This document shows positions 1 through 9,090 of a stretch of DNA of 32,000 nt, piece by piece. The stretch lies in the NCBI GenBank assembly GCA_038826135.1, contig JAWBON010000001.1, positions 22,812-54,811 on the forward strand. The letters are read 5' to 3'. The notes beneath the pieces were generated by a model. That model had not been told where the DNA came from. It ran no database searches and saw nothing but the letters and a program-made list of their open reading frames with translations. The first letter of the stretch is position 1; every line of letters begins with the position of its first letter. This DNA is from Candidatus Odinarchaeota archaeon. GTDB lineage: Archaea; Asgardarchaeota; Odinarchaeia; Odinarchaeales; Odinarchaeaceae. A program made the position numbers and the translations under genes.

Positions 1-8
1 TTTCAACC

Positions 9-617
9 ATGATAAAAGAACAGGTTTACAATCTATCAGATCTTCATGAAAAAATAACTGTGGCTGAAAGAGAGCTTGAAAACATAAACTCAACTATTAA
101 AAACTACCGTTTAAACGAACTTTATGATAACATAAATAATATTAATACAGCTTTTCAGAAAATCGGTGAGGACACAAACACCCTGCTGAAAGATATGGAT
201 AATTTGAAAAAGCATCTTGAAACTATTAAGTCAACTCAAGATGAATATAATACAACCGCAGCCGAGTTATCTAAAAACATTAAATCCGCTATAAACACTA
301 GCAGCGATAAATTAATTAAAAACATTGAAGCCGGGTTTAACCGTGTGGGTAAAATAAGTCAAGAGCTGAAAAATCTAATTCCAGAAACTGTGAGAAACAT
401 TTTTCAAACCTATCAATCAGAGTTTCTAAACACCCAGGTGAAGTTGATTGAAGGATTAGAGGAGCGGTTAACTGAAAAAATAAATAAACTTTTAACAGAG
501 TTTTCAAAGCTGAAACCAGTAGAGGAGACGGGTAAAACCCCGGTTTCTAAAGAAGCTGAAGCGGCTGCTGAGAAACCTAAGGTTAAGAAAGCGGTGAAAA
601 AACGAAGCCCTAGTTAA
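9..617 (+). CDS. Hypothetical coiled-coil protein with Lys/Ala-rich C-terminal tail (may extend 5' beyond the window)
   Basis: 202-aa ORF with long heptad-like amphipathic helices and the tail AEAAAEKPKVKKAVKKRSPS. No family motif recognised. The frame is open to the window edge. Confidence 0.75.
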   Translation: MIKEQVYNLSDLHEKITVAERELENINSTIKNYRLNELYDNINNINTAFQKIGEDTNTLLKDMDNLKKHLETIKSTQDEYNTTAAELSKNIKSAINTSSDKLIKNIEAGFNRVGKISQELKNLIPETVRNIFQTYQSEFLNTQVKLIEGLEERLTEKINKLLTEFSKLKPVEETGKTPVSKEAEAAAEKPKVKKAVKKRSPS

Positions 618-621
618 ACCC

Positions 622-1650
622 TTATATGGAAGCTTCATCGCTTGATTTCAGAAACGCGTAGATAAACGATGAGATAAATATTATTGAAGTAAACCCTAGA
701 CTCCCAGTTAATATGATAATGTTAAACCTGTAAAGCAAGTCCACTACCAGGAACCCTGCTGCGACAAGAACACCGAGAAGTGTCAGATTACTGCCAGCCA
801 CTCCCAGCTTAAGTTTTACGATTATTAAAAAACCCATTAAAATCAAACTAGCTATATTGACATAATCGATTATATATGGCATATTACCTAACTGGGGAAT
901 CCAGAGATAAGCGAATAAAATAAACAGTGCTAATTCGAATCCTCTTATCCCCCAACCGGAGCCTGAGAAAGCATCACTTAATCTTCTTCTCGCAATCCAA
1001 TTATAAACAAACCATACAACCGAACCGATTGTCAGCGAGTTAACAACCCAGATTGAAAAAGCATAGATCAATCCCACTAAACCTTGCCAAGTATTCAATA
1101 TCCATAAGCTCAGCGGTAAATAAGCCTGGTAGAAGAAGAAGGATACTAGAACCGGTAAAAATAATATTAGCGAGAAAATAACAGCGGACACCGTTATTAG
1201 AACTCTTCGACCGTGAACCCATAACCCCTCCCTGCCAGCAACCAGCTGCCAGCCGAGTACTATTGTAGTGAATATTGACAGGGCTGGTGAAATAAACGGT
1301 AGAATAAAGAACCCCGCCACTGCAACTGCGTTAATACCGTAAAACAATAAGTATCTTAACGGAACAATTGATACCCTCTCACTCCATACACTGAACATAT
1401 TCGATAATCTATTCTTAAAAATATGTATTAAAATCAGCCATGGAGAGGATAAAATAATAGGGGTTATAATGAAATTGAAAAACATATTTAAATAAATGTT
1501 AGGCATAAGCGTGAATGATAAAGCTTGGATATCGCTGGAAACTATTAGAAGAGTGAAATACACGGGGATAAATAAGGCTGCTAAAAATATCAGTAACCTG
1601 TTTAATAGAAAACCCTTTATGTAATAAGGCACTTTAATCTCACTCTTCAT
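622..1650 (-). CDS. Hypothetical multi-pass membrane protein
   Basis: 342-aa ORF with roughly 9-10 hydrophobic segments. No recognisable family motif. Confidence 0.8.
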   Translation of the reverse strand: MKSEIKVPYYIKGFLLNRLLIFLAALFIPVYFTLLIVSSDIQALSFTLMPNIYLNMFFNFIITPIILSSPWLILIHIFKNRLSNMFSVWSERVSIVPLRYLLFYGINAVAVAGFFILPFISPALSIFTTIVLGWQLVAGREGLWVHGRRVLITVSAVIFSLILFLPVLVSFFFYQAYLPLSLWILNTWQGLVGLIYAFSIWVVNSLTIGSVVWFVYNWIARRRLSDAFSGSGWGIRGFELALFILFAYLWIPQLGNMPYIIDYVNIASLILMGFLIIVKLKLGVAGSNLTLLGVLVAAGFLVVDLLYRFNIIILTGSLGFTSIIFISSFIYAFLKSSDEASI

Positions 1651-1825
1651 TTAATATATTAAGAGTAATATCCGCCTCTTATACAATAAAAATATAACTA
1701 TTTAGTTAACCATTCAAATTATTATAGTAAAAGATGTTGAATACAAGTTTATCGCTAACTTATTATATATTTTTAAAATAACTTTTAAAGCGAATCAGAC
1801 TATTATACTCTGAAGAGGTTTTTAA

Positions 1826-2626
1826 ATGCCGAGCAGGTTTATTAGTAAACTTCAGAAAAGCTCTAAGGATAATGACTCGAAGATAATACTTGCACTGGAT
1901 ATCAGTTCAGAGTTAAAACTAAGCGAAAGAGTGAATTGGGATTCAGGGAAAAGAAAATTGTTTAAACAAGCCGCGGATGTTATCAATAAGATAGGGGATA
2001 AGATCGCAGGGGTTAAAATAAATAATCAGTTGATACTACCATTAGGGCTTTACGAGCTTATACCTGAAATTATTGATGTGATCAACTCTTGGCAGCTGCC
2101 TGTAATCGCTGATATTAAGATTAATGATGTAGGTCACACTAATGAATGGATCGCCAGACATTTTATGAACGCTGGCTTTGACGCTTTAATAGCTAATCCC
2201 TTCGTAGGCTGGACTGGTGGTTTAGATAAGGTTTTCGAAACAGTTAAAAACTATAATGGCGGTGTAATACTACTGGTTTACATGTCCCATCCAGGGGCTT
2301 CTGAAGGATTTAATCAAATTGTAATCGACTCTAGGACAGGTTTACAAAAACCTCAGTATATTCTCTTCGCTGAAAAAGCTGGTAAGTGGGGTGCTGACGG
2401 AGTTATAGTGGGGGCTACATCCCCGGATATTATTAGAAAAGTTCGCAGTGTGTTAGATGAGAATATCCTGATTCTCTCCCCCGGCGTCGGAGTGCAGGGT
2501 GGGGAAGGCGGGGAAGCTATTCGAGCCGGGGCCTCTTATATTATAATAGGCCGCTCACTCTTTGAATCAGGGGACCCTGTTCTCAAAATCAACGATTTTA
2601 ATAAACGTGTAAAAAGTGTTGAATGA
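1826..2626 (+). CDS. pyrF: Orotidine-5'-phosphate decarboxylase
   Basis: IILALD start of barrel, catalytic DIKINDVGHT (DxKxxDxxxT), GVIVGAT, SPGVGVQGG, IIGRSL. GAGG SD 7 nt before the ATG. Confidence 0.95.
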   Translation: MPSRFISKLQKSSKDNDSKIILALDISSELKLSERVNWDSGKRKLFKQAADVINKIGDKIAGVKINNQLILPLGLYELIPEIIDVINSWQLPVIADIKINDVGHTNEWIARHFMNAGFDALIANPFVGWTGGLDKVFETVKNYNGGVILLVYMSHPGASEGFNQIVIDSRTGLQKPQYILFAEKAGKWGADGVIVGATSPDIIRKVRSVLDENILILSPGVGVQGGEGGEAIRAGASYIIIGRSLFESGDPVLKINDFNKRVKSVE

Positions 2627-2635
2627 GAATTTCAC

Positions 2636-3532
2636 TCACAAGCTTTCACAAGGCTTTCTAGTAATATAGTTCATAACGGTGACAGCTACCACTATAATAA
2701 TAACCCCGATTATTCGGAACAAAGAGTAGGGTAGCAAAAACACTCCGCTGAATAATAGAATTATCTCTTCGCCGAATATGATAATAGAAATTATAACCGG
2801 GATAATTATTGAAAGCGCGTTAATTAAAGGTATAGATATGCATGCTCTACCCTGCGATAACGCTGTCTGTTTCAGTATGAATCCGAAAACTGTGAACAGC
2901 GCTAGACTCCAAAAAATAGGGCTCATAAAAAAATATAGTATTTTATCAGGGAAAGGTGTGGATGAGAAACCTTGGATACTCAGCCATTTAGTGAATACTT
3001 CCGCGATCCCGTAGGCTAATCCCGCGCTTAAAGAAATAGCATATTCCCCTCTAGTACCAGTGAATTTAAACAAGTTTAAGACAACTATCGCCAGTGATAG
3101 TAAAACTACTAATCCTATTAAAAAAGCTTCATTGATTACAGTCACCCCTGTGACTCTAGAATCATAGCTGAGTAATATAACACCTAAAATAATTAAGCTG
3201 ATAAAAAATGTCTCATGCTTTCTAAGCTTCTCTTTTAGAAAAACTAAGCTGAGAACAATTATTACCACTAAGTTAAGATTTATAATCGGTTTAACAACTA
3301 TAAGATCTCCGAGTGAAAGAGCCTCCACGTAAATAAACCATGCTATAACCCCTGTTATCATACCAGCTAGCCAGTAAAGATTTTTTAAAAGATTCACAAC
3401 CACTGAGATGAAATTTTTAAAAAACCCTTTCACCGTTAAAACCGTTAACTGGGTTAAACCTTTTTTCTGGAGTACATTACCTAAACCGAATAAGATCGCG
3501 GATAATACGGCAAGATAAATATACTCCCACAT
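2636..3532 (-). CDS. EamA/DMT-family membrane transporter
   Basis: 298 aa, about 9-10 TM helices in two repeated halves. LSAILFGLGNVLQKKGL and LKEKL motifs are typical of DMT proteins. Confidence 0.8.
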   Translation of the reverse strand: MWEYIYLAVLSAILFGLGNVLQKKGLTQLTVLTVKGFFKNFISVVVNLLKNLYWLAGMITGVIAWFIYVEALSLGDLIVVKPIINLNLVVIIVLSLVFLKEKLRKHETFFISLIILGVILLSYDSRVTGVTVINEAFLIGLVVLLSLAIVVLNLFKFTGTRGEYAISLSAGLAYGIAEVFTKWLSIQGFSSTPFPDKILYFFMSPIFWSLALFTVFGFILKQTALSQGRACISIPLINALSIIIPVIISIIIFGEEIILLFSGVFLLPYSLFRIIGVIIIVVAVTVMNYITRKPCESL

Positions 3533-3557
3533 TTTAAATCATTCCATACAACAGCGC

Positions 3558-4304
3558 TCACTGTTCAGCTGCTTTTTTACCCCAGGAATAGTTGAAGTAT
3601 CCTGCTGCCACCTGAGCTAACCCAGCGTGATCCGACCATATTCCTAGAAGAGGCTCATATAATATTATTAGCACTTCCCTCTGATCCACTATTACACCTC
3701 CCCCGAATAATTGGTCCACTGTTATAACGTCGGAGACTGTTTTTATTTTATCAACTATTTTATCAGCTTCAGATTTAGGTATCACGATAACAGTTTTAAT
3801 ACCTTTCAGTTTAGCTGTTTGAACAACGGGGAAAATAATCTCCTGGATGCCGGGTAGGATAAACGGTAATGCTATTAAAATATTTTTCTCCGCTTTACTT
3901 ATCATATCTCGTAGTTTAAATAACAGCCTCTCTTCCCCTCTTAAAATCCATATATCCGGTTTTTCAGTCTGGCTTTTCTTCAAATATATAGGCTCTAACT
4001 CCTCTATCAACTCTTTCTCTAACGAGTCAAGTTCAATTATCTTCCTGTTTTTAAGACTTTTAATCACGTCTGAAGGCGGCTTAGCTGTAAATTTAACCGG
4101 CCTACCAGCCTCCGCTTCAACCCATCTATTCTCCTCTAACTGGTGTAATAAATCGTAAACCTTGCTTTCAGGTACACCGCTTAGAAGACTAACCTGTTTA
4201 GCTGTTAAACCACCCTGCTGGATAAGGACAAGATATATCTTAGCCTGGTTTGATGTGAGTCCGAATCTCTTTAAATCCTTAAAAATCTTAGCCTCTAACG
4301 GCAT
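3558..4304 (-). CDS. TrmB-family transcriptional regulator
   Basis: N-terminal wHTH (FGLTSNQAKIYLVL...SGVPESKVYDLLHQLEENRWV) plus a C-terminal effector domain. Start moved from 4328 to the ATG at 4304 because GGAGG lies 7 nt upstream of it. Confidence 0.9.
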   Translation of the reverse strand: MPLEAKIFKDLKRFGLTSNQAKIYLVLIQQGGLTAKQVSLLSGVPESKVYDLLHQLEENRWVEAEAGRPVKFTAKPPSDVIKSLKNRKIIELDSLEKELIEELEPIYLKKSQTEKPDIWILRGEERLLFKLRDMISKAEKNILIALPFILPGIQEIIFPVVQTAKLKGIKTVIVIPKSEADKIVDKIKTVSDVITVDQLFGGGVIVDQREVLIILYEPLLGIWSDHAGLAQVAAGYFNYSWGKKAAEQ

Positions 4305-4410
4305 TAGAGGTCCTCCTTCGACTAACAATATTAAATAGGATTAATTATTTAAATGATTTCAATCATTATACTTGTAAAGTGTTGCCAGCTACCTGCTGAT
4401 AAGCTTAAAG

Positions 4411-5037
4411 TTGTGGGTTCTAATGTCTAGTGAAGAGAATAATAGTGGACGTAAGTCCACGGTTAATAAGTTAAGAGAATATCTTGCTATATCCGGTGTC
4501 GGTGAAATAGCTAGACGCTACTTTGTTATGAACGCGTTTGACGGTGTTCTGACAACTCTGGGAGTAATAATAGGGGCGTCCTCGACTAGTTCAATAAACA
4601 CTTTTTTCATTATCAGCGCGGTTCTAGGCGGAGCTATTGCTATGGCTGTATCCGGTGTATCAGGAGCTTATATGGCTGAGAAAGCGGAGAGGGAGCGTGA
4701 ATTCGGTGAGCTTAAAAAAGCATTGATAAGTGATTTGAAAGGCTCTATTCATGAAAAAGCTTTAAAGTTCGCCTCCCTCTATGTGGCGGTGGTGGATGGA
4801 GCGGCGCCTTTCATATCCTCTATTATAGTCTTATCCCCCTTCTTCGTTGCCCATATAGGTTTAATACCGCCTTTAATAGCGTTAATCATGTCAATTATAG
4901 TAACCACTATCTTCCTTTTCACATTAGGCTCCTACTTGGCTAAAATATCTAAAACTAATATTCTAATTTCAGGATTAAAAATGGTTTTAGCAGGTGTTAT
5001 AACAGCGGTAATAATATTTCTGGTAAGTTTACTGTAA
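4411..5037 (+). CDS. VIT1/CCC1-family metal (Fe/Mn) transporter-like membrane protein
   Basis: MNAFDGVLTTLG, AMAVSGVSGAYMAEKAE and about 5 TM helices. The real start may be the ATG at 4423. Confidence 0.85.
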   Translation: MWVLMSSEENNSGRKSTVNKLREYLAISGVGEIARRYFVMNAFDGVLTTLGVIIGASSTSSINTFFIISAVLGGAIAMAVSGVSGAYMAEKAEREREFGELKKALISDLKGSIHEKALKFASLYVAVVDGAAPFISSIIVLSPFFVAHIGLIPPLIALIMSIIVTTIFLFTLGSYLAKISKTNILISGLKMVLAGVITAVIIFLVSLL

Positions 5038-5177
5038 TTTTTAATTTCCGACTCGTTAATTTAAAATTGAATGAAACAGACGAGCCTGATTACTATTCTT
5101 CGCAAGTGTTAATATATTAAATAATTGGTTATATCACCTACCTTAAATTTATTATTGTATTTTTTTAATATTATATT

Positions 5178-6386
5178 ATGGAATTAAAATCGCTGGATGA
5201 AAAAACTCTTTTAGAAAGGGCTAAAAAACATATTTTTTCAACAGGTATAGGTGATGCTGCTTCAAGGCTGTGTCGTGAAAATACAGCTTACGGGCTTGCT
5301 AAAATTCAGCTCGTCCAGGAGGAGTATGGTTTCGAGCCTTCAGCTACATTTATATCAACTCCTGATGAGACCGTCACTAGAAATGTTGAGAGATGGCAGA
5401 ATGGTATAGGCTATGGTGGTAAAATTAGTTGGGGTGAAGGCTCTGATAAAATAATTTTCTTAGATGTTAAACCTAATTGTTGTGGAACACTTGTAGGAGG
5501 GTTAGATGAGTTACCTGAGCCGGCGTATATTATCAAACATCTTTACAAGCTTGAATCGAAGGATTTTATTATTGACGGGATACCTGTTAAATGGGATTTT
5601 AATGTCGGGAACCATTTTATCGATGTTTTTAAAACATCTCCAGGGGCTAGTGTAGATTTACCTGAATATGTTTTTATAATTCATTCATCAGCCCCTGAGC
5701 TTAAAAGTGAAACACCTTTAGGTATGGGGCTGTATTATAGTAAAAGCCCTAGTTTAAGCCGGATTATGAAGACTGTTAAAACAAAATTCGGGGACGCTAA
5801 AATAGTTTTAGACGGTGATGCTGAAGCATATTATGATTTCTACAAGCTCTCTGAGCGTTTCTCCGAGCAGAAGAGGCTGCTGGCTGCTAAAGAGATATTC
5901 GGTGATTTTAAGCTGATCTCTAGTAAGACTCATCAGGGTTTATTAAACTTTAATGAGGCGGTTTTAGGTTGTCATTATTCGGATGATACTGGTGGCGTAC
6001 TGTACCCTGTTACTTTAAGACCTGATTTACCGGCTTATCTTATTGAAGCTAAAAAAAGTTTTTCGAAAAACATGTTAGAAGCCTTAGGATTCTTTAATCG
6101 AGCTGAAGAGTTGGGTGTTTTAAACAGGCTTCTATCATTCAATTGTGTACCTCACGGGGGTGGATATAGTTTTCCAGACATGGTTACGGTGAAAGATATT
6201 ATTAATATTCGTGGTGAAAGATACTTTGTTATGGAGCTTCAAAACGAGTTAGGGTTAAAGATTTTTAACAACCCTGGTGAGTTACAGTTCATCTACAGGG
6301 GGCGTCAGGTGGTTATCAGCTCTGTTGAATTGGAATTAATCGAGTTAAAAGCTAAGCTTATACCGGAATACGTGTTGAAATTATAA
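5178..6386 (+). CDS. Divergent RtcB-superfamily (RNA 3'-phosphate ligase-like) protein
   Basis: RtcB-like motifs in the correct order: DVKPNCCG (cf. DINCG), VGNHF (GNHF), IIHSS (IHSG), THQ (HN), PHGGG (HGAG), C-terminal VLK. Judged by eye only. Confidence 0.65.
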   Translation: MELKSLDEKTLLERAKKHIFSTGIGDAASRLCRENTAYGLAKIQLVQEEYGFEPSATFISTPDETVTRNVERWQNGIGYGGKISWGEGSDKIIFLDVKPNCCGTLVGGLDELPEPAYIIKHLYKLESKDFIIDGIPVKWDFNVGNHFIDVFKTSPGASVDLPEYVFIIHSSAPELKSETPLGMGLYYSKSPSLSRIMKTVKTKFGDAKIVLDGDAEAYYDFYKLSERFSEQKRLLAAKEIFGDFKLISSKTHQGLLNFNEAVLGCHYSDDTGGVLYPVTLRPDLPAYLIEAKKSFSKNMLEALGFFNRAEELGVLNRLLSFNCVPHGGGYSFPDMVTVKDIINIRGERYFVMELQNELGLKIFNNPGELQFIYRGRQVVISSVELELIELKAKLIPEYVLKL

Positions 6387-6451
6387 TGCTTCAAATCCTC
6401 TATGAATATGTTTATTATTTATAAAGAATTTAAAAATAGAGTGGTGGTTCT

Positions 6452-6862
6452 ATGATGAGTAGCGGTTCTAGTATTGTAAGCGATATAAGAGATATACCGG
6501 GAAGCTCTTTTAAAATCCAAATAGAGAAAAAACCCAGCTCAGCTTTAATCAGAATATTACGCGGTTTGAAGGTGACAAAGGAGATTGAGATTGAACGAGG
6601 GGAGTTAACCAAGAATCGGGTTGTCACAATCATTCAATCCGAATTATTTATGCCTATCTCTCCTTTCAAAATTATGAAAATTGTTGAAGAGCTTTTCAAA
6701 AATATTGAAGATAAAGAAAAACAGGCCGCCTCCTTGGAATCTCAAGTAACCCCTATGGAAGGTTCTCCACCCACTCCTGAAAAAGAAGTGGTTAAAGAAG
6801 CTGAGCAATCTACTTCGGAGGCCTCTGCTAGCAGCGATGTGAGTGAAAATAAACCCTGTTGA
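6452..6862 (+). CDS. Hypothetical protein: small helical domain plus acidic/Ser-Pro-rich disordered tail
   Basis: 136-aa ORF with a GGTGG SD-like sequence upstream. Codirectional with the RtcB-like gene, 65 nt downstream. Confidence 0.65.
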   Translation: MMSSGSSIVSDIRDIPGSSFKIQIEKKPSSALIRILRGLKVTKEIEIERGELTKNRVVTIIQSELFMPISPFKIMKIVEELFKNIEDKEKQAASLESQVTPMEGSPPTPEKEVVKEAEQSTSEASASSDVSENKPC

Positions 6863-6925
6863 AATATCTTAAGCTTAAAGGCTTTTATAAAATAAAAATA
6901 GAGGGTTAGCCGAATACCGGCTGTT

Positions 6926-8125
6926 TCACTTCTTTGATTTTATGAACTCCTCTATTTTATCAAATGCGGTATTCAGCATTTCAGGTGGCGGTAGGAAAAC
7001 CGTTCGGAAGTGTCCCTCACCGGTTCTCGGGCAGAATCCTGATCCGAACACAACCACCACGCCTGTTTCTCTGAGCAGCTCCATCACGAACTCTTTGCTA
7101 TTAGGCCATTTTCCTTTAAGATCTATTTTCGGGAAAGCGTAGAAAGCTCCTTTAGGGGTAACGCAGCTGACACCGTCTATTTCATTGCATCTTTTAACAG
7201 TTAAATCTCTTCTAACTCTGAGTTTCCGATTCATTTCTATAAGATGGTCCTGCGGGCCTCTTAAAGCAGCTATAGCAGCGATCTGGAACGGGTGGGGTGC
7301 GCACAGTCTCACTCTGCCTTCTTTTTCAATATTTTTTCTGAGCTCAGTTAGCTTGTCTTCGGGATCATAGAAGTACATGTAGCCTAGTCTCCATCCTGGT
7401 GCTAGGTAAATTTTAGAGAATCCGTTGAATCCTATAACCGGCACGTCTTTAGCTATTGAAGCTGTGCTCACTATCTTCTCATCAAATGTCATTCTATCAT
7501 ATATTTCATCGCTTAACAGCAGCAGGTTATATTCACCTGCGAGGTTGATTATCTGTTTTACAACTTTTTCCGAGTATAATGCGCCTGTCGGATTGTTAGG
7601 GTTGATTAATACTAGCATTCTTGTTTTAGGTGTTATCTTCTTCCTTATGTCATCGATATCTGGTTGCCATCCATTATTTTCATCGCAATCGTATGTGACT
7701 GGTACAGCGCCGAAAAACTGGGCTATTGAAATATAAGGCGGATATGTCGGACCGGGCATTAAGACTTCGTCACCAGCTTCTGTGGCGGCGGCTATGACGA
7801 ATTGTAAAGCCTCGGAGACACCGGTTGTGATAAGCACATCTTCAACCGCTAACCCGCTAATATTATTATATTTTTTCTCTTTCTCAACTATTGCTTTTCT
7901 AAGCTCGTCAACACCGTTGGAGGCTGAGTAGCCGTTGTAACCTTCGTCGATAGCTTTCTTAGCAGCCTCCCTGAATACTTCAGGTGTCTTGAAATCATAT
8001 GCTATAGGGTCTCCGATGTTTAAGTATATCATCTTCTTACCTTTCTTTTCAAGCTCCATAGCGACTGCAGCGACGTCTCTAATAGCGTAGGTTAAATTCT
8101 TCACTCTATTGCTTATAAAAACCAC
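6926..8125 (-). CDS. PLP-dependent class I/II aminotransferase (alanine aminotransferase AlaA/AlaT type)
   Basis: LNIGDP, LINPNNPTGA, SDEIYD, GFSKIYLAPGWRLGY (PLP lysine), PKGAFYAF. Confidence 0.9.
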   Translation of the reverse strand: MVFISNRVKNLTYAIRDVAAVAMELEKKGKKMIYLNIGDPIAYDFKTPEVFREAAKKAIDEGYNGYSASNGVDELRKAIVEKEKKYNNISGLAVEDVLITTGVSEALQFVIAAATEAGDEVLMPGPTYPPYISIAQFFGAVPVTYDCDENNGWQPDIDDIRKKITPKTRMLVLINPNNPTGALYSEKVVKQIINLAGEYNLLLLSDEIYDRMTFDEKIVSTASIAKDVPVIGFNGFSKIYLAPGWRLGYMYFYDPEDKLTELRKNIEKEGRVRLCAPHPFQIAAIAALRGPQDHLIEMNRKLRVRRDLTVKRCNEIDGVSCVTPKGAFYAFPKIDLKGKWPNSKEFVMELLRETGVVVVFGSGFCPRTGEGHFRTVFLPPPEMLNTAFDKIEEFIKSKK

Positions 8126-8262
8126 TTTTATACACCTCTTAGCTTCCCTTGAATTTTTTTACTGTGATAAAATTATAGTTTGCTTTTCAGTTTAGATTTT
8201 CAAAGATATTAGTATATAAGGCTTTAGTGTTTTCGCTGATAATTAAAAAATCAAGGTATTTT

Positions 8263-8640
8263 TCAGTGCGGGTGACCGGTTTTTTTAGCTATTAATTGAA
8301 CGAAGATAAGTGTGAGGCTGATTAAAAATAATGTGCCTAATTGATACCCATTTAAAAGAGCGTAGCATTTTAACGCTATATCCCATATTAGCACAGCGGT
8401 TGTTAGATTATAGGCGTGGTCTTTTTTTCCTAAAAGATGTGAGCTGTTGATGAATTGAGCTGCTCCTAATGCGAAGAATACTATTCCCACAATTATAGTG
8501 GATTCACCGGTTATCATAGAAATAGAAGGGAACATGATTATTATAGCACCGGATACTATGCTTAAAGCACCGAGAAAAAGCATGAATAAACCCATTCCAC
8601 TATAATATTTCGGATGTACATCCATAATCTTATATTCCAC
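8263..8640 (-). CDS. Small hypothetical membrane protein (about 4 TM)
   Basis: 125-aa hydrophobic ORF with an AAGGTGG SD-like sequence upstream. Confidence 0.7.
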   Translation of the reverse strand: MEYKIMDVHPKYYSGMGLFMLFLGALSIVSGAIIIMFPSISMITGESTIIVGIVFFALGAAQFINSSHLLGKKDHAYNLTTAVLIWDIALKCYALLNGYQLGTLFLISLTLIFVQLIAKKTGHPH

Positions 8641-8736
8641 CTTGTTTTTGAACAGCTATTTGTGTTTTATGAAGGGTTATTTAATTGTTTCGAATACTGT
8701 CAGAGACTTTTAAACAAATTCTATGAGGTTTTAACT

Positions 8737-8970
8737 TTAAGGTCTCTTCCACTGATTATATGCTAGTTGAATATCCCTGCTGGTTACGGTTTTTCTCTTG
8801 GAATGGATTGATAATTCACCTGCTCTTTTAGCTATTTCTAAACCTATTTCCTCAAGTATTTTACCCAGCTCACTAGCAGCTTTCTCAGAAACTCTTTCAA
8901 CTTTCGCTTTTCTTATTAACCTATCTAATGGTGCTAACGGTATTATTCTCTCAGCTTTCTCTTTCGGCAT
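8737..8970 (-). CDS. Archaeal histone (HMf/HTk family)
   Basis: IPLAPLDRLIRKAKVERVS...HSKRKTVTSRDIQLA aligns without gaps to HMfB (R10, R19, H49, R52, K53, T54, D59 equivalents present). AGGTGA SD upstream. Confidence 0.95.
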   Translation of the reverse strand: MPKEKAERIIPLAPLDRLIRKAKVERVSEKAASELGKILEEIGLEIAKRAGELSIHSKRKTVTSRDIQLAYNQWKRP

Positions 8971-9090
8971 TCTATCACCTTAGCTTAAATTTCTTTTATA
9001 TAGTGGTTATAAATTTTCTTACTGTAACAGGGTTTTTAACTTTGTTGCCTAAGTTATACTTGTTAGATTATGTAAAAGTTTAGGTATTAC

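Noticed and set aside
934-942. TTCGAATCC, a tRNA T-loop-like word
   Set aside because: It lies inside a long membrane-protein CDS with no cloverleaf arms around it. The same applies to the similar word within leuB near 26732.
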